Assembly: GCA_964016885.1 (NCBI GenBank)
Contig: OZ024758.1
Coordinates: forward strand, 16,802,001 to 16,866,000
DNA: 64,000 bases
Source of the DNA: Eledone cirrhosa
Lineage: Eukaryota
Direction of reading: 5' to 3'
The notes beneath the pieces were generated by a model that was not told the origin of the DNA, did no database searches, and was given only the letters and a program-made list of their open reading frames with translations. The translations under genes and the position numbers were made by a program. Shown here in pieces: positions 53,332 to 64,000 of the stretch (position 1 is its first letter; every line of letters starts with the position of its first letter).

Positions 53332-54878
53332 TATATAATTAATTAATTAATTAATTCTATTAATATATTGAACCTGTCGATAAATCATTAGATTCCTTCA
53401 TTTTTTTGATTTAAAAAAAAATTTTTTTTTTTTTTAAATTGATTTTTTGAGTGATTATAAGTAAAAATAACTTTTCTTCCTAAATATAAATAAATATAAT
53501 AACCTATTCTAGAGAAATATACTGAGAGCTCTTAAAAGGAGAAAATATTTCTTATATTTTTTATTTTTTATTGTTTGATAGTTTCTCCTATTTTCGAAAG
53601 TTTATCCTTTGAAAGTTTCTGTTTATTTCTCTTATGGATATAAAATTAAGTTAAATATACGTAGAACATTTCTATACTAAATCTATTAAACATACTATTA
53701 TTTTGAAATTATAACTTGAAATATTTTATAATTTTTTAAAAATTATATGGTTTTTAAAGTTATGTTGCTTATAATTATATTTCCAAACCGTAATATAATT
53801 CTTTTGTATTTTATGTACTTCAATTATACTATGTACTGTATTTATATATACATCTCTCTCTATATGTGTATATATATATATATGTATATGTGTGTATTGA
53901 TATACATGTACATATGTTTTATGCGTGTATGTCTATCTGTATGTATATATATATACGTGATGCGTATCTACCTATTTGTGTGGGTACATATATGTATGTA
54001 TATGTGGAAATTGTGTGTGTACATGTACGTGTATATCCCTACAATTCGATTGCACTTATGTATAGTGATTATCCCAAGATTCCTGACAGATGGACATATA
54101 ATAATAGCCATAAATACATAACAGGTAATCTTATAAAACTTATATAAAAAATGTTGTTTAATAACATAAAGTGTGTATAACATAAAATTTCCTTTAATAT
54201 CTTAATTGTAACATTGACATAACTATATAACGTAATTTTCCTTCTCTGATTTTATAAGACTCCTATATCTTAAATTAAAGAATCCTTTATATTTTATATT
54301 TTGTATGTATATATTATATACGTAGTTAGATATGTATATATATTTTTATAAGTATGTATATATATTTATATGTATGTATTTTTGCGTGTGTATACGTGTT
54401 ATATAATATATAGATCTTTAACAATATAGTCTTAATAATAATATATAGATCCCAATTTTTAATCTATTGATCTCAATATTTAACTGATTAACTAAACATC
54501 TAATCATATTTAAACAATGGTTAAATTTCTCATATTATATATGTATATTCCATTCATGATTATTAACATTTCTAATTTTATTTATTCTTTTCATCTCAAT
54601 TGTTAAGATAACTCAACAAGATATTGACTTAGAGTTTTCGTTCTCTCTCCTTTCTCTGCCCCTTCTCTCTCTCTATCTTTCTCTCTCTGTTGTTCTGCTC
54701 TTTCTCTCTTTCCTTCTCTTTCTCCGTAACCCAACGACTTATTTTAAAAATATCCAATACTAACTTACTTAATAATATAATTAAAGCTACAACTCCACTA
54801 TCCGGGAGCTTCCAACAGTAATGGTTGCATTCTTTAAGGGTATGTCAATATTTATTTATAAAACTGATCTATATTATA

Positions 54879-54940
54879 TTTTATCTGATGAAAGTACACC
54901 ATAATTTAACTTGGTGTCTTTGAAATATGTATAATGAAAT
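54879..54940 (+). ncRNA. type I hammerhead of the PLE pseudo-LTR (mirror at 51303-51363)
   Basis: TTTTAT-CTGATGA-AAGTACACCA...TGGTGTCTTT-GAAA-TATGT-ATA-ATGAAA. Confidence 0.8.
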
Positions 54941-55068
54941 AAATATGGTTTTATAAATATAGTTTCCATTTGCTAATATCGTATTTTTACTCCAAATATT
55001 TGTTGAGTGCTTTATATCAGTTATAAAAATATTTGCTTGTTGTATCCCAACAATTTAAATAGAACTTT

Positions 55069-55071
<3 letters not shown>

Positions 55072-55131
<60 letters not shown>

Positions 55132-55161
55132 ATACATATATATATGTATATATGTATATAC

Positions 55162-55211
<50 letters not shown>

Positions 55212-55457
55212 GTGTATACATATATATATATGTGTGTATACATATATATATATATATATATATATGTGTATACATATATATATATATATGTGTATACACA
55301 TATATATGTGTGTATACATATATATATGTGTGTATACATATATATATATATGTATACATATATATATATGTATACATATATATATATATGTATACATATA
55401 TATATATATGTATACATATATATATATATGTGTGTATACATATATATATGTGTATAC

Positions 55458-55488
<31 letters not shown>

Positions 55489-56459
55489 TGTGTATACATA
55501 TATATATGTGTATACATATATATATATGTGTATACATACATACATATATATATATATATATGTGTATACATCTATATATATGTGTGTGTATACATACATA
55601 CATACATACATACATACATAACATACATACATACATACATTACATACATACATATACACATCTGCATGCAATCTTGTAGAATGCATGATGCAAGGCTAAG
55701 TGGTAGAGTCAGTTATAGATGTGGATCCTTCCAAGAAGGAGGGAAGGTCAGGACAGGGTAGGCAGTTGTTGGTAACGCTATTGTTAGTTAGAGTTGTGTA
55801 AAGTCTAGAAGACGGGAAGAAGAGTAAAATGTCTATCTGCATATAATAAATGCTATTTACATCTATTAAAAATGAACTCGCCTCAGTTACAGATGCTAGT
55901 AATTTCATATTCTTAAAAGCTCAACAGCAATATTTTTGTACATGTATATATGTATATTTTTTGTACATGTATATACATATATATAAATGAATATAAATAA
56001 ATATATATATATACATAGATATATGTATGTGTGTGCATGTATATACATATATATAAATGAATATAAATAAATATATATATATACATAGATATATGTATGT
56101 GTGTGCATGTATATACATATATATAAATGAATATAAATAAATATATATATATACATAGATATATGTATGTGTGTGCATGTATATATATATATAAATGAAT
56201 ATAAATAAATATATATATATGCATAGATACATGTATGTGTGTGCATGTATATATATTTATTTTTATACATGTATATATATACATAAATATATGTATGTGT
56301 GTGCATGTATATATACATGTGTGTGTGTGTGTATGTGTGTGTGTGCATCTATAAAAATATATATATGTACGTGTGCGCGTATATATATATATATAACTTT
56401 GAATAACTTTGAAATGTTTTGGCCAGTATTGGCCCAGGCCATGTCTAACTTAATAGCAC

Positions 56460-56496
<37 letters not shown>

Positions 56497-56895
56497 GTGT
56501 GCGTGTATGTATATATATATATATCTACGTGTACGTATATATATATATATCTACGTGTGCGTGTATGTATATATATATATATCTACGTGTGCGTGTATGT
56601 ATATATATATATATATATATCTACGTGTACGTATATATATATATATATATATATCTACGTGTGCGTGTATGTATATATATATATATCTACGTGTGCGTGT
56701 ATGTATATATATATATATATCTACGTGTACGTATATATATATATATCTATGTGTGCGTGTATGTATATATATATATATCTACGTGTGCGTGTATGTATAT
56801 ATATATATATGTATGTGTGCGTGTATATATATATATGCATGTCTGTATGTATATATGCATGCATGTCTGTGTATATATATATATGCATGCATGTC

Positions 56896-56965
<70 letters not shown>

Positions 56966-56973
56966 TGCATGTC

Positions 56974-57013
<40 letters not shown>

Positions 57014-57021
57014 TGCATGTC

Positions 57022-57071
<50 letters not shown>

Positions 57072-57240
57072 TGCATGTCTGTGTATATATATATATAATG
57101 ATATTAATACCCCTTCTACTTATATATATATATATAAGTTTGTGTGTATGTGTATATATATATATATATATACATGCGCATGTGTATGACTGTATATATA
57201 TATGCGTGTGTGTATTCTATTTGGCTAGGTTGAGTATGAG
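55072..57240. repeat. (TA/TG)n arrays and ~60-bp minisatellite
   Basis: Direct inspection. Confidence 0.9.
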
Positions 57241-57639
57241 AGAGAGAGAAATATGATTTTTTTTTTTGCTCTTCCTTTTTTTTTTTCTAATTTGTATCAT
57301 GTGTCTAAAATGCCTGGTAGCAGTTTAGGGAGATGAACTTTTGATGCTGGTGATTAAAAATGGCAGGATAGATAGGGTGATAGATAGATAGATGCGTAGA
57401 TGGAGAGAGAGAGATAGAGAGATAGTTCGATAGATGGGTGAGAGGCGAGAGAGAAAGATTGGAGGGAGAGATAGATAGATAGATGCGTAGATGGAGAGAG
57501 AGAGAGAGAGAGATAGATAGATAGATGGGTGAGAGGCGAGAGAGAAAGATTGGAGGGAGAGATAGATATATAGATAGGTATAGAGATAGAGAGAGATATA
57601 AATAGATAGATAGATAGGTGGAGTGATAGATAGATATAT

Positions 57640-59183
57640 TTCTTTATTTGCCACAAGGGCGCACAAGAAAAGGGGACAATACACAGACATCTGGCGGGGA
57701 TTTTACATACAGTTGTGTAAATAAATTTTAACATTAAAATATAACAATCGAAATTCCCAATAGGGGGGAGGCGTTACAAATGGGTTGCTTTATACCCCGT
57801 AGATAGAACAACCCTCAACTCCAGGAACATGTGCAAGTTCTCCTTTCTTCCTTTTGCTCTCCTCCTCAACCTACAGGTTTATATACAGAGAAGGCCCAAT
57901 CACTTGTCATGTTCACCCACCTTTCAGTAAATTTACTGGGGTGCAGTACCTCTCTCTCCACTCTGATTCTCCTTCTAAAGTGGTACCTAAAGAAGGGAAT
58001 GAGCTGTTGTCCGGAGAGAAAGGCATCTGTCTTCAGTCCTCTCAACCTTCTCCACCTCTTTTGCCATAGCCACTATACAGAGGAAAACCGCCTCTCTTTC
58101 ATTTTTAAATGAAGGTGGCGGTTTGATGCTTACTATCGACTCGGCAGTCAACTGGATTTGTCCCACACGCGACAGCAGTTGTTATGTGTAGTTCCACAGG
58201 TCGGTTACGCCCGATCAGTGTACAATTGCGTGCAGGACGGTTTCAATGTCCTGCTCGCATCGTCGACATGTCCTCTTTGAAGGATCCTTTTCGGGGTGCC
58301 CGTGCCTGTAGATTTTATCGCATACTGATAGAGCTTCTCTGTAGCACTGCCAGGCCAGGGACCGTTGGAAGTTGTCCATAGATCCCGGGCGGAAAGTCCT
58401 ACTGAACAGACTGGTGAGCTCATCTTCTTCGACGCCCAGAGTCGATCCGAGCACGACGTCACACTTGTAACGTATTATCCCTCTATAGAATGACGAAGTG
58501 GAGTCACCACTGATTGTTGTGCCCACTTGACAGAGGACTGTGAGCGCCTGAGCGCATTCAATGTGCCAGGCGCCCTTTTCTTCGGTCTCCGCTTGACACA
58601 GGACTGCAGCTCCATCAGCGAGACAAATTGCGGAAAGGTTTGTCTCACAAACGGAACCGACACCGGTTGGTCGGTGAGGAATACCTGGCGATGCTGTAGC
58701 CTCAGAGCGTGTTTGCGCATCATCAGCCACGGCATTCCCGCCCTCCGTTGGAAGGCTGCTGGCAGCAGACGGATCTCCTCATCAGTGGAGCCTGCTTCTT
58801 CCAAAGGAATTGGAAGAGCATGTATTCCATCTTGGTGAGGTATTCACGGGGGGCAAGGCATGACGGTCAAGCGATAGTAGATGACGGACGCTATGAAAGT
58901 GTTCGCCACCTCTGCTCAACCTTTCAAGGATAGTTTGCACTCTGCCCACTTCTAGGTGAGTGCAAATACCTTGGCCGTGACCTCGTTCCAGTTTTTCTCC
59001 ACCTGGAGGTCCGGACCGAACCAGACCCCGAGTAATTTCACCGGTCCTTCTGTCCAGCGTCCGACGGCATCGGTTTGCCTCTCCACGTTCTGAGTTGCAA
59101 ACCGACAGATTTGTCCGGGTTGAGTTTTGCTCTGTAAGCCTTTCGTATTCCTGCAGTAAGTTGCCGATCACCCTGATTTCCAA
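57640..59183 (-). mobile_element. 5'-truncated Tx1/L1-clade LINE, degenerate ORF2 3' half
   Basis: Frameshifted translation YERLT/GAKLNPDKS...VKLLGVWFG...W...LSLKG.AEVANTFIASVIYYRL..., zf-RVT-like CRRC..IETVLHA, C-terminal FTERW, stop near 57880, AATAAA at the 3' end. Confidence 0.85.
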
Positions 59184-59184
59184 G

Positions 59185-59404
59185 GGGAGAGAGGGGGGAG
59201 GGAGAGCGTGGTAGAGAGGGGGAGCGTGGGAGAAGGGGAGAGATTGTGATAGAGTGATAGAGTGATAGAGTGATAGAGCTATAAAGAGAGAGAGCGATAT
59301 AGAGGGAGAGAGATGGAGATAGAGAGGGAGAGAGAGTGATAGAGAGGGAGAGATAAAGCGATATAGAGATAGAGAGGGAGAGATAGAGCGATATAGAGAT
59401 AGAG

Positions 59405-59436
<32 letters not shown>

Positions 59437-59722
59437 CGATAGAGAGGGAGAGAGGGAGAGATAGAGATGGAGAGAGGGAGAGATGGAGAGAGCGCGATAG
59501 AGAGGGAGAGAGATCGATAGAGAGGGAGAGAGAGCGATAGAGAGGGAGAGAGCGCGATAGAGAGGGAGAGAGAGCGATAGAGAGGGATAGAGAGGGAGAG
59601 AGAGGGAGAGAGAGCGATAGAGAGGGATAGAGAGCGATAGAGAGGGATAGAGAGCGATAGAGAGGGAGAGATAGAGAGATAGAGAGGGAGAGAAAGAAAG
59701 ATATAAAAAGAGAGAAAAGAGA
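59185..59722. repeat. (AG)-rich array
   Basis: Direct inspection; a matching AG/AGAT array lies at 57370-57635. Confidence 0.9.
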
Positions 59723-59777
59723 CAATATCTGTTAATTCTTGTTATGATTAATGGTTGCAGGTGGCAAATTTAGTTGG

Positions 59778-61000
59778 CTGATCATAACATGTAACACTAT
59801 ATAGCACTACTACTGCTACTACTGCTACTACTGTTACTACTACTGCTACTACTGATCATAACATGTAACACTATATAGCACTACTACTACTACTACTACT
59901 GTTACTACTGATCATGATAACATGTAACACTATATAGCACTACTGTTACTACTACTGCTATTACTACTACTACTGTTGCTGCTATTATTACTACTACTAC
60001 TACTGTTGCTGCTATTATTACTACTACTACTACTACTGTTGCTACTACTACTACTGTTGCTGCTATTACTACTACTACTACTGTTGCTGCTATTACTACT
60101 ACTACTACTGTTGCTGCTATTACTACTACTACTACTACTACTGTTGCTGCTATTACTACTACCACCACCACTACTACTACCACTGCAACACTATATGTGC
60201 AGCACATTATGTAACAAACTTCATTTTTGGTACCATCACTACTGCTATTACTACCATTACTATTACTACAATTACCACTACTACTACCTCTGATATTACC
60301 ACTACTGCTATTACTAATACTGCTACTACTACTATTACTACAATTACCACTACTACTACCTCTGATATTACCACTACTGCTATTACTAATACTGCTACTA
60401 CTACTATTACTACAATTACAACTACTTCTACTGATATTACCACTACTGCTATTACTAATACTGCTACTACTACTATTACTACAATTACAACTACCTCTAC
60501 TGATATTACCACTACTGCTATTACTAATACTGCTACTACTACTATTACTACAATTACAACTACCTCTACTGATATTACCACTACTGCTATTACTAATACT
60601 GCTACTACTACTACTATTACTATTACTACAATTACAACTACCTCTACTGATATTACCACTACTGCTATTACTAATATTGCTACTACTACTATTACTACAA
60701 TTACCACTACTACTACCTCTGATATTACCACTACTGCTATTACTAATACTGCTACTACTACTATTACTACAATTACCACTACTACTACCTCTGATATTAC
60801 CACTACTGCTATTACTAATACTGCTACTACTACTATTACTACAATTACAACTACCTCTACTGATATTACCACTACTGCTATTACTAATACTGCTACTACT
60901 ACTATTACTACAATTACAACTACCTCTACTGATATTACCACTACTGCTATTACTAATACTGCTACTACTACTATTACTAGTACTACTACTGTTACTAGCA
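59778..61000. repeat. (CTA)-derived minisatellite with ~60-63-bp unit
   Basis: Unit CTGATATTACCACTACTGCTATTACTAATACTGCTACTACTACTATTACTACAATTAC repeated about 12 times. Confidence 0.9.
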
Positions 61001-61068
61001 ACATGTGTTCTCCAATTTTCAATCTGAATGTCCTGACCATCATCATACATACATGTGCACATACAGGG

Positions 61069-61235
61069 CAGGGTCAACTTAACAGCATTATAGGCCCCTA
61101 GGCAAAGCAGAGCACTGGTCCCCCCCCCCCCTTACCTACACAACCACTCACAGGAATAAAAATACAAATGGGCCCCCTATCCTCGTGGGGCCCCCGGGAA
61201 ACTGCCCAGCGTGCCCATGCGTTAAGATGGCCCTG
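61069..61235. mobile_element. hAT (Tip100-like) MITE
   Basis: TIRs CAGGGTCAACTTAAC / GTTAAGATGGCCCTG; exact 8-bp TSD ATACAGGG. Confidence 0.85.
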
Positions 61236-61394
61236 ATACAGGGTGTACCAAAAAATGTATACATACTTTGATTACCTGTACAGATATGAGAATGCTGTTG
61301 AAGTGTGTATACTTTTTTTTTTGGGGGGGGGGGGGCTTAGTAGGGCTCATAATCGTTACGAGTTCAATCCCAGGAATAGGTATATTATCTCCAA

Positions 61395-61830
61395 GGCGGT
61401 GGATTGGCAGTATCGGTAGAGGGTCGGACGCCATGCTTTCCAGCTTAGTTACGTCCCTTTACGATCTGAGTTCAAATCCAGCCGAGGTTGACTTTGCCTT
61501 TCATCCTTACGGGGTCGATAACATAAAGTACCAGTAATGTACTGGGTAATTGCTGGCCTTGTGCCAAAAGTAGAAACAATTATCTCCTTGAGCAAGACAT
61601 TTCATTTCACATTGCTCCAGTCTACTCAGCTGGAATAAATGAGCTATTATAACAAAGATGTCATGTTGTATTGGGCTTTGTTGGTCCATCTGTGAACATT
61701 GGTATCCTTGAGAAGGGAGACCCTCTTGTTTGGATAACTGCTGGTTTTCCACATAATTGTTTCTACGTTTGGCACAAGGCCAGCAAATTAACCAGTTCAT
61801 TACTGGTACTTTTATTTTATCGACCCCGTA
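61395..61830. mobile_element. SINE cluster: family 1 (61395-61582 plus), family 2 fragment, family 1 3' half (61755-61830 minus)
   Basis: Family motifs. Confidence 0.8.
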
Positions 61831-61834
61831 ATAC

Positions 61835-61975
61835 CTTGTCCAGTGGTCCTTGGGTCTCCCGCTAATCAGTTTTACCCATAAAAATCTGTCCAGTGATTCT
61901 TTTCTGACATTCTAACCACATGACCATAGTATCAGAGCTGTCATCTCTCAGCTGTTCTGCTAGAGAATAGGTCAC
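61835..61975 (-). pseudogene. RTE-like LINE C-terminal remnant
   Basis: QL*YYGHVVRM...QIFMG...RPKDHW with frameshifts. Confidence 0.5.
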
Positions 61976-62689
61976 AGGTGGCAGATAGCGATACAGCGAC
62001 CATATATGATGGTTAGTTGCGATATAAACAAGCAACTGCCGGATGAAGAAACAAACCCTGACCAACAGCAGTAAACTATTAGTTGAAATGCAGTGGTGTA
62101 TTAAAAGCGGTGTTAAATGCCTTCAAATATTTAACTATTTAATTCCCATCTACTTAACACAAAATAATGTGAGTTAAAATTTATACACATTTTTTTCTTT
62201 TTCATTTTTCTACACATGAATATAATGAGGTACATTATATATAACACACTTCCTAAAAAGAGAAAAAATAACTCGTATTTGAATTCCCACCTAATATAAA
62301 TATTTTAAGTTATGTGCTAAACAATTTGAAATCTTCTACTCTAGAATGCAAATCTAATCTACACTAATGTTGAATTACCATATTTTTTAATAAAAGACAC
62401 CGTCCATAATTTTCAAATAATTTTGAAATTAATCACGAATTTTGATGGAATTAGTAATATAACTAACTTTCCTATTATTAAACTGTTTTTTTAAGCATTC
62501 ATTAGCAACGTTTAGATCAATATAAACCACTTTGTATTGTAGAATCTGGGTCATTGTCAGACAGTTTGTCTTCAAAAGGGTTAAGCAGATTCAGTTAGCT
62601 ACTTAACTTTCTGATGAACCAGGCATAAAGTATGTAAGCTGCCAGCTTATATTAGTTTTAAGTCTAAAGTCTGTCTTAACACTTTAACA

Positions 62690-62958
62690 CAGGCATGTCA
62701 AACTAGTGGAATGCGGGCCAGATGCGGCTCTTTACAAGCACACCTGCGGCCCGCAATAAGGTTTTTACAGCACAAGCATGTTTTATCTTCGTAATATAAA
62801 TAAAAAAAAAGTTAGTTGTAATGTGCGCAATTGGTTGTCATGTGTGGCGCTCAGACAACATGTGTGGCGCTCAGACAACACGTGTGGCGCTCAGACAACA
62901 CATGTGGCGCTCAGACAACACATGTGGCCTTCGAGGGACCCTCAGTTTGACATGCCTG
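62690..62958. mobile_element. hAT (Charlie-like) MITE
   Basis: Perfect 15-bp TIR CAGGCATGTCAAACT; TSD CTTTAACA/CTTTAGCA; internal 20-bp repeat x4. Confidence 0.88.
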
Positions 62959-63189
62959 CTTTAGCATTTACATCACTCTATAGATACTATTCTACTTTTC
63001 TGGTAAAGGCTTTATCTTACATAATTATCTGACATAATATTGAATCTACGAGATTCTGAAGTCATTGATTTTGAGAACAATACCTTAACATCAATATGAG
63101 CAGCCAGTTACAACCAGTTTGAACAGAAAGAGGTGAGAGAATTCTGGCTGGATATGGCTGGTTTAAATGCTAAAGGGTTAAGCCAGAAG

Positions 63190-63450
63190 CCTCATTTGGC
63201 GGGTGCCTATCCCGATTTCATGGCGTGAAGCAACTGAGAGTACAAGACTCCCCCCCCCCCCCCCCCCTGGACAGGATGCCAGTCTATTGCAGGGATAAAC
63301 CCCCAGCTATTGCTGGTACTCATTCTCAGCTGAGTATACTGGAGCAATGTGAAATGAAGTGTTTTGCTCAAGAACACAGTCCAGGAATCGAACCCATGAC
63401 ATTACAATTGTAAGTCCAACACCTTTACCACTAGTCCACGTGCCTTCACA
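63190..63450 (-). mobile_element. SINE family 2, full length
   Basis: Homologous to 10870-11110 and 25690-25832. Confidence 0.8.
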
Positions 63451-64000
63451 ATTTCCCACATACAAGTGTTTAAGTTTTTAAATGAAACTTTACCCCTTTA
63501 GCATTTACAATACTCAATATATACTATTGTATTTTCACAGCTAAGGCCTTATCTCACATAATATCGAATTTATGAGATTTTCATATTTATTTTGAGAACA
63601 ATACCTTAACATCAGTATGAGCAGCCAGTTACAGCTAAAAGGTTAAGTTCAGAACATTTTGTTGAGGATTATTCAAGCCTTTATATCACCAACCACACAA
63701 CATCTCTCATCCACATGTGCACCTCAGTTGTGTGTGTGTGTGTGTGTGGACGTGTGTGTGGACGTGAGTGTGAGGACGTGGGTGTGAGTATGTGTGTATG
63801 TGTGGGTGAGTGTGTGCATGTGCGAGTGCATGCGTGCGACCGAGTGCGTGCATGCTCGAGTGCATGCGTGCGACCGAGTGCGTGCATGCTCGAGTGCATG
63901 CGTGCGACCGAGTGCGTGTGAGTATAATTATGAATGAGTATGTGTAAGTGTCAGTATGTATGTGTGACTGAGTATGCATCTGTGAGTGTGAAAGCGCGTG

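Larger units (their letters stand above)
51261..55071 (+). mobile_element. 5'-truncated Penelope-like retroelement with inverted 5' arm (family B parent)
   Basis: 51261-52802 is the reverse complement of 53706-54983 apart from a SINE insertion; GIY-YIG remnant lies between the arms; HHR near the 3' end; 88-nt tail; (TA)n on both sides. Confidence 0.88.

Noticed and set aside
52932-53700. Selenocysteine recoding / SECIS as described for some Naiads
   Set aside because: Conserved Cys positions are TGT/TGC and no convincing SECIS is visible.
51261-54983. DNA transposon with long TIRs
   Set aside because: Arms are asymmetric with a tail, there is no transposase or TSD, and GIY-YIG plus HHR point to a PLE.
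59905-61077. 390-aa Ser/Asn-rich ORF
   Set aside because: Arises from a CTA-derived minisatellite; no domain or splice evidence.

Overview
AT-rich, microsatellite-dense eukaryotic DNA. The SINE, LINE and simple-repeat content suggests an octopod cephalopod; this is an inference, not a database match. I could not support any host protein-coding gene, and almost all listed ORFs are translations of di- or trinucleotide repeats. Recognisable content: three dispersed SINE families (about 30 copies or fragments); hAT and Tc1/mariner MITEs, several with exact TSDs; a 5'-truncated Tx1/L1-clade LINE (57.6-59.2 kb, minus); RTE-like scraps; and a 3.8-kb Penelope-like element (PLE, 51261-55071) with a frameshifted GIY-YIG endonuclease between 1.3-kb inverted arms. 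The most striking signal is about 30 type I hammerhead-ribozyme (HHR) motifs, found by eye on both strands. They belong to at least 10 sequence-unrelated short element families that sit almost always inside (TA)n tracts. Many copies are fold-back palindromes whose short arm ends at a family-specific fixed point about 45-135 nt before the long end. Several families carry non-canonical cores (CAGAAGA, TTGATAA) or very long stem II inserts. PLE/HHR/microsatellite links are established in general. The density, the core variants and the twin-priming and snap-back junction patterns here deserve testing. Coordinates were read by eye and may be off by a few nt.
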